Below, one piece after another: positions 13,041 through 14,199 of a DNA stretch of 14,199 nucleotides. The notes beneath the pieces were generated by a model that saw only the letters and a program-made list of their open reading frames with translations, did no database searches and was not told the DNA's origin. Numbering within the stretch: position 1 is the first letter of the stretch; each line of letters starts with the position of its first letter. A program made the position numbers and the translations under genes. This DNA comes from an uncultured archaeon (lineage in GTDB: Archaea > Iainarchaeota > Iainarchaeia > Iainarchaeales > CSSED10-239), in contig CAZPGO010000028.1 of NCBI GenBank assembly GCA_964586355.1, positions 1 through 14,199 of the forward strand, read 5' to 3'.

Positions 13041-13662
13041 AAAATATACCTGTTTTGTATGTGGAATAAACCTGGATAGTCACGAAATTTATAAAAACCA
13101 CATAATAAAAGAACATGAAATTGGAAGAGACTATGTGTTATGCCCTTTAAATAGATGTGGATATCCAGTTAGGTGCATAAGAACTCACTACAAAGCACAC
13201 CATCCAAAAGAATCCATACCAAAAGTAATACAATTGAGAGCCACTTTGTGGAGGGATTTTACAAAAAATAAAAAAACTTATCAAAAGCCAAAATTTAAAG
13301 AAGGATATTTTGAAAGTAAGAAAAACAACAAAATTTTGCACTACAGAAGCGGTTATGAGTTAGATGTTTACAAAGCTTTAGAAAAAATAAACAGTGTAAT
13401 AGAATATTATGTGGAACCAATTAAAATAGGATATTTATTTGAAGGAAAAAAACATACATACAACCCAGACTTGGTAGTAATCTTTGATGATAACCACAAA
13501 GAAGTATGGGAAATTAAACCATCAAACCAAACAGACTTGCCCAAAAACAATGCTAAATGGGTGGCTTGTGATAACTATTGTCAAATGAGAGGGTGGAAAT
13601 TTGTAGTAATAACAGAAAGAGGAATAAATAAACTAAAAAAAGTTAGTAAAAATATAATTTAG
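13033..13662 (+). CDS. Two C2H2-type zinc fingers fused to a TnsA-like PD-(D/E)xK endonuclease domain (209 aa); candidate homing endonuclease
   Basis: Finger 1: C7-x2-C10-x12-H23-x4-H28 (CFVCGINLDSHEIYKNHIIKEH), the classical spacing. Finger 2: C37-x4-C42-x9-H52-x3-H56. The C-terminal domain SGYE(109)LDVYKALE...YVEPIKIGY...HTYNPD(146)LVVIF...VWE(160)IK(162)P matches the TnsA N-terminal / restriction-endonuclease-like pattern S..E ... Y.PD ... E.K. Confidence 0.65.
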   Translation: MDRKYTCFVCGINLDSHEIYKNHIIKEHEIGRDYVLCPLNRCGYPVRCIRTHYKAHHPKESIPKVIQLRATLWRDFTKNKKTYQKPKFKEGYFESKKNNKILHYRSGYELDVYKALEKINSVIEYYVEPIKIGYLFEGKKHTYNPDLVVIFDDNHKEVWEIKPSNQTDLPKNNAKWVACDNYCQMRGWKFVVITERGINKLKKVSKNII

Positions 13663-14199
13663 TTTGTTTTCTTTTTCTTCTTTGCTAATGTTATAATTAT
13701 CTAAAACATAATCAAAATTAGACCAATTATAATTATTACTATCCAATGAGTTTTCTATAAAATTATTAGAATTAAAAGGATTTCTAGTAAGTCTCAATAC
13801 AAAACCACTCTCTTGTTTTATAGAAGAAACTTCATCTGGAAACCTAACATCTGTTATTATGGCTATATCAGGGTTTTCCTTTTTTATTAAACTTAATGTA
13901 GAACTAGTCCAAACATCAACTTTTAAACTTCTAAAAATATCAGTTCCAACAACCTCCATCACCTCTCTAGCTGTTAATTTTTTTTCTTTCCAAAAAACAC
14001 TTGTTAATGTGTTTTTTTGATCATCAGTACCATAGCATTGATCATAAGATAAACCTAAAATATTTATGCATATATCTTTTTTTAATCTGTCTGCAAAGGC
14101 ATATTGCCTAATAGTCTTTTCGGGAAAAAGAGTTTGAAAAAACCCCAGCAAATAATCACCAGAAGTGCTTTTGCCACTTTGTTTTCTGCCGCTGATACC
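13633..14199 (-). CDS. Deoxynucleoside monophosphate kinase, T4 gp1-like (5' end beyond the right window edge)
   Basis: The frame stays open upstream of the track's TTG start to the window edge: GISGRKQSGKSTSGDYLLGFF... This gives a Walker A motif like T4 gp1 SGVKRSGKDTTADFI. Further matches to gp1: REVMEVVGTDIFRSLKVDVW with RRLMQALGTDLIVNNFDRMYW, AIITDVRFPDEV with YIVPDTRQDHEM, and GFVLRLTRN with ATVIHVVRPG. Confidence 0.75.
   Translation of the reverse strand, partial: GISGRKQSGKSTSGDYLLGFFQTLFPEKTIRQYAFADRLKKDICINILGLSYDQCYGTDDQKNTLTSVFWKEKKLTAREVMEVVGTDIFRSLKVDVWTSSTLSLIKKENPDIAIITDVRFPDEVSSIKQESGFVLRLTRNPFNSNNFIENSLDSNNYNWSNFDYVLDNYNISKEEKENKLNYIFTNFF

Noticed and set aside
1-14199. Stop-codon reassignment (an alternative genetic code), as seen in some AT-rich large phages
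   Set aside because: The standard code already tiles nearly the whole window with long intact ORFs, including one of 1378 aa. There are no runs of fragmented same-strand ORFs separated by a single recurrent in-frame stop type.
1-14199. tRNA/rRNA genes, CRISPR arrays, integrase or transposase genes, and terminal or attachment-site repeats
   Set aside because: Non-coding space is limited to spacers of 118 nt or less. None has a cloverleaf-compatible GC-rich stem set or regularly spaced direct repeats. The only transposon-related signal is the TnsA-like nuclease fold, which stands alone without TnsB/C or element ends.

Overview
This window is AT-rich (about 30% G+C, judged by eye) and almost entirely coding. 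It reads as a fragment of a deeply divergent T4-like myovirus genome. All homology calls rest on remembered family motifs, because no database search was possible.

Recognisable T4-type genes:
- a Gly/Thr/Asn-rich tail-fiber-like gene running off the left edge (1-676, minus strand; absent from the ORF track)
- a gp13/gp14-like neck protein (5636-6496)
- a gp55-like late sigma factor (6960-7412)
- a gp26-like baseplate hub protein (9607-10617)
- a gp1-like dNMP kinase running off the right edge (13633-14199)

Between these lie:
- a 1378-aa protein with no recognisable family, translationally coupled to a 94-aa gene
- a GT2+TPR-type glycosyltransferase-like gene with a degenerate DxD motif
- a Cys-rich DUF1360-like membrane protein
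- an Hjc-like PD-(D/E)xK nuclease
- a protein with two C2H2-type zinc fingers fused to a TnsA-like PD-(D/E)xK nuclease
- about ten small hypothetical genes

The most interesting signals:
1. A canonical T_TTT_TTC slippery heptamer near the end of the gp26-like gene opens a start-less 76-codon ORF in the -1 frame that fills the only apparent coding gap. The layout resembles the tail-chaperone G/GT frameshift.
2. The giant uncharacterised protein and its coupled partner.
3. The zinc-finger/TnsA-like nuclease, a candidate free-standing homing endonuclease.
4. The gene layout: ten strand switches in 14.2 kb, all five convergent gene pairs overlapping at their 3' ends, and divergent start codons only 11-68 nt apart around TA-repeat or palindromic cores.

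No tRNA, rRNA, CRISPR array, transposase or integrase was seen.
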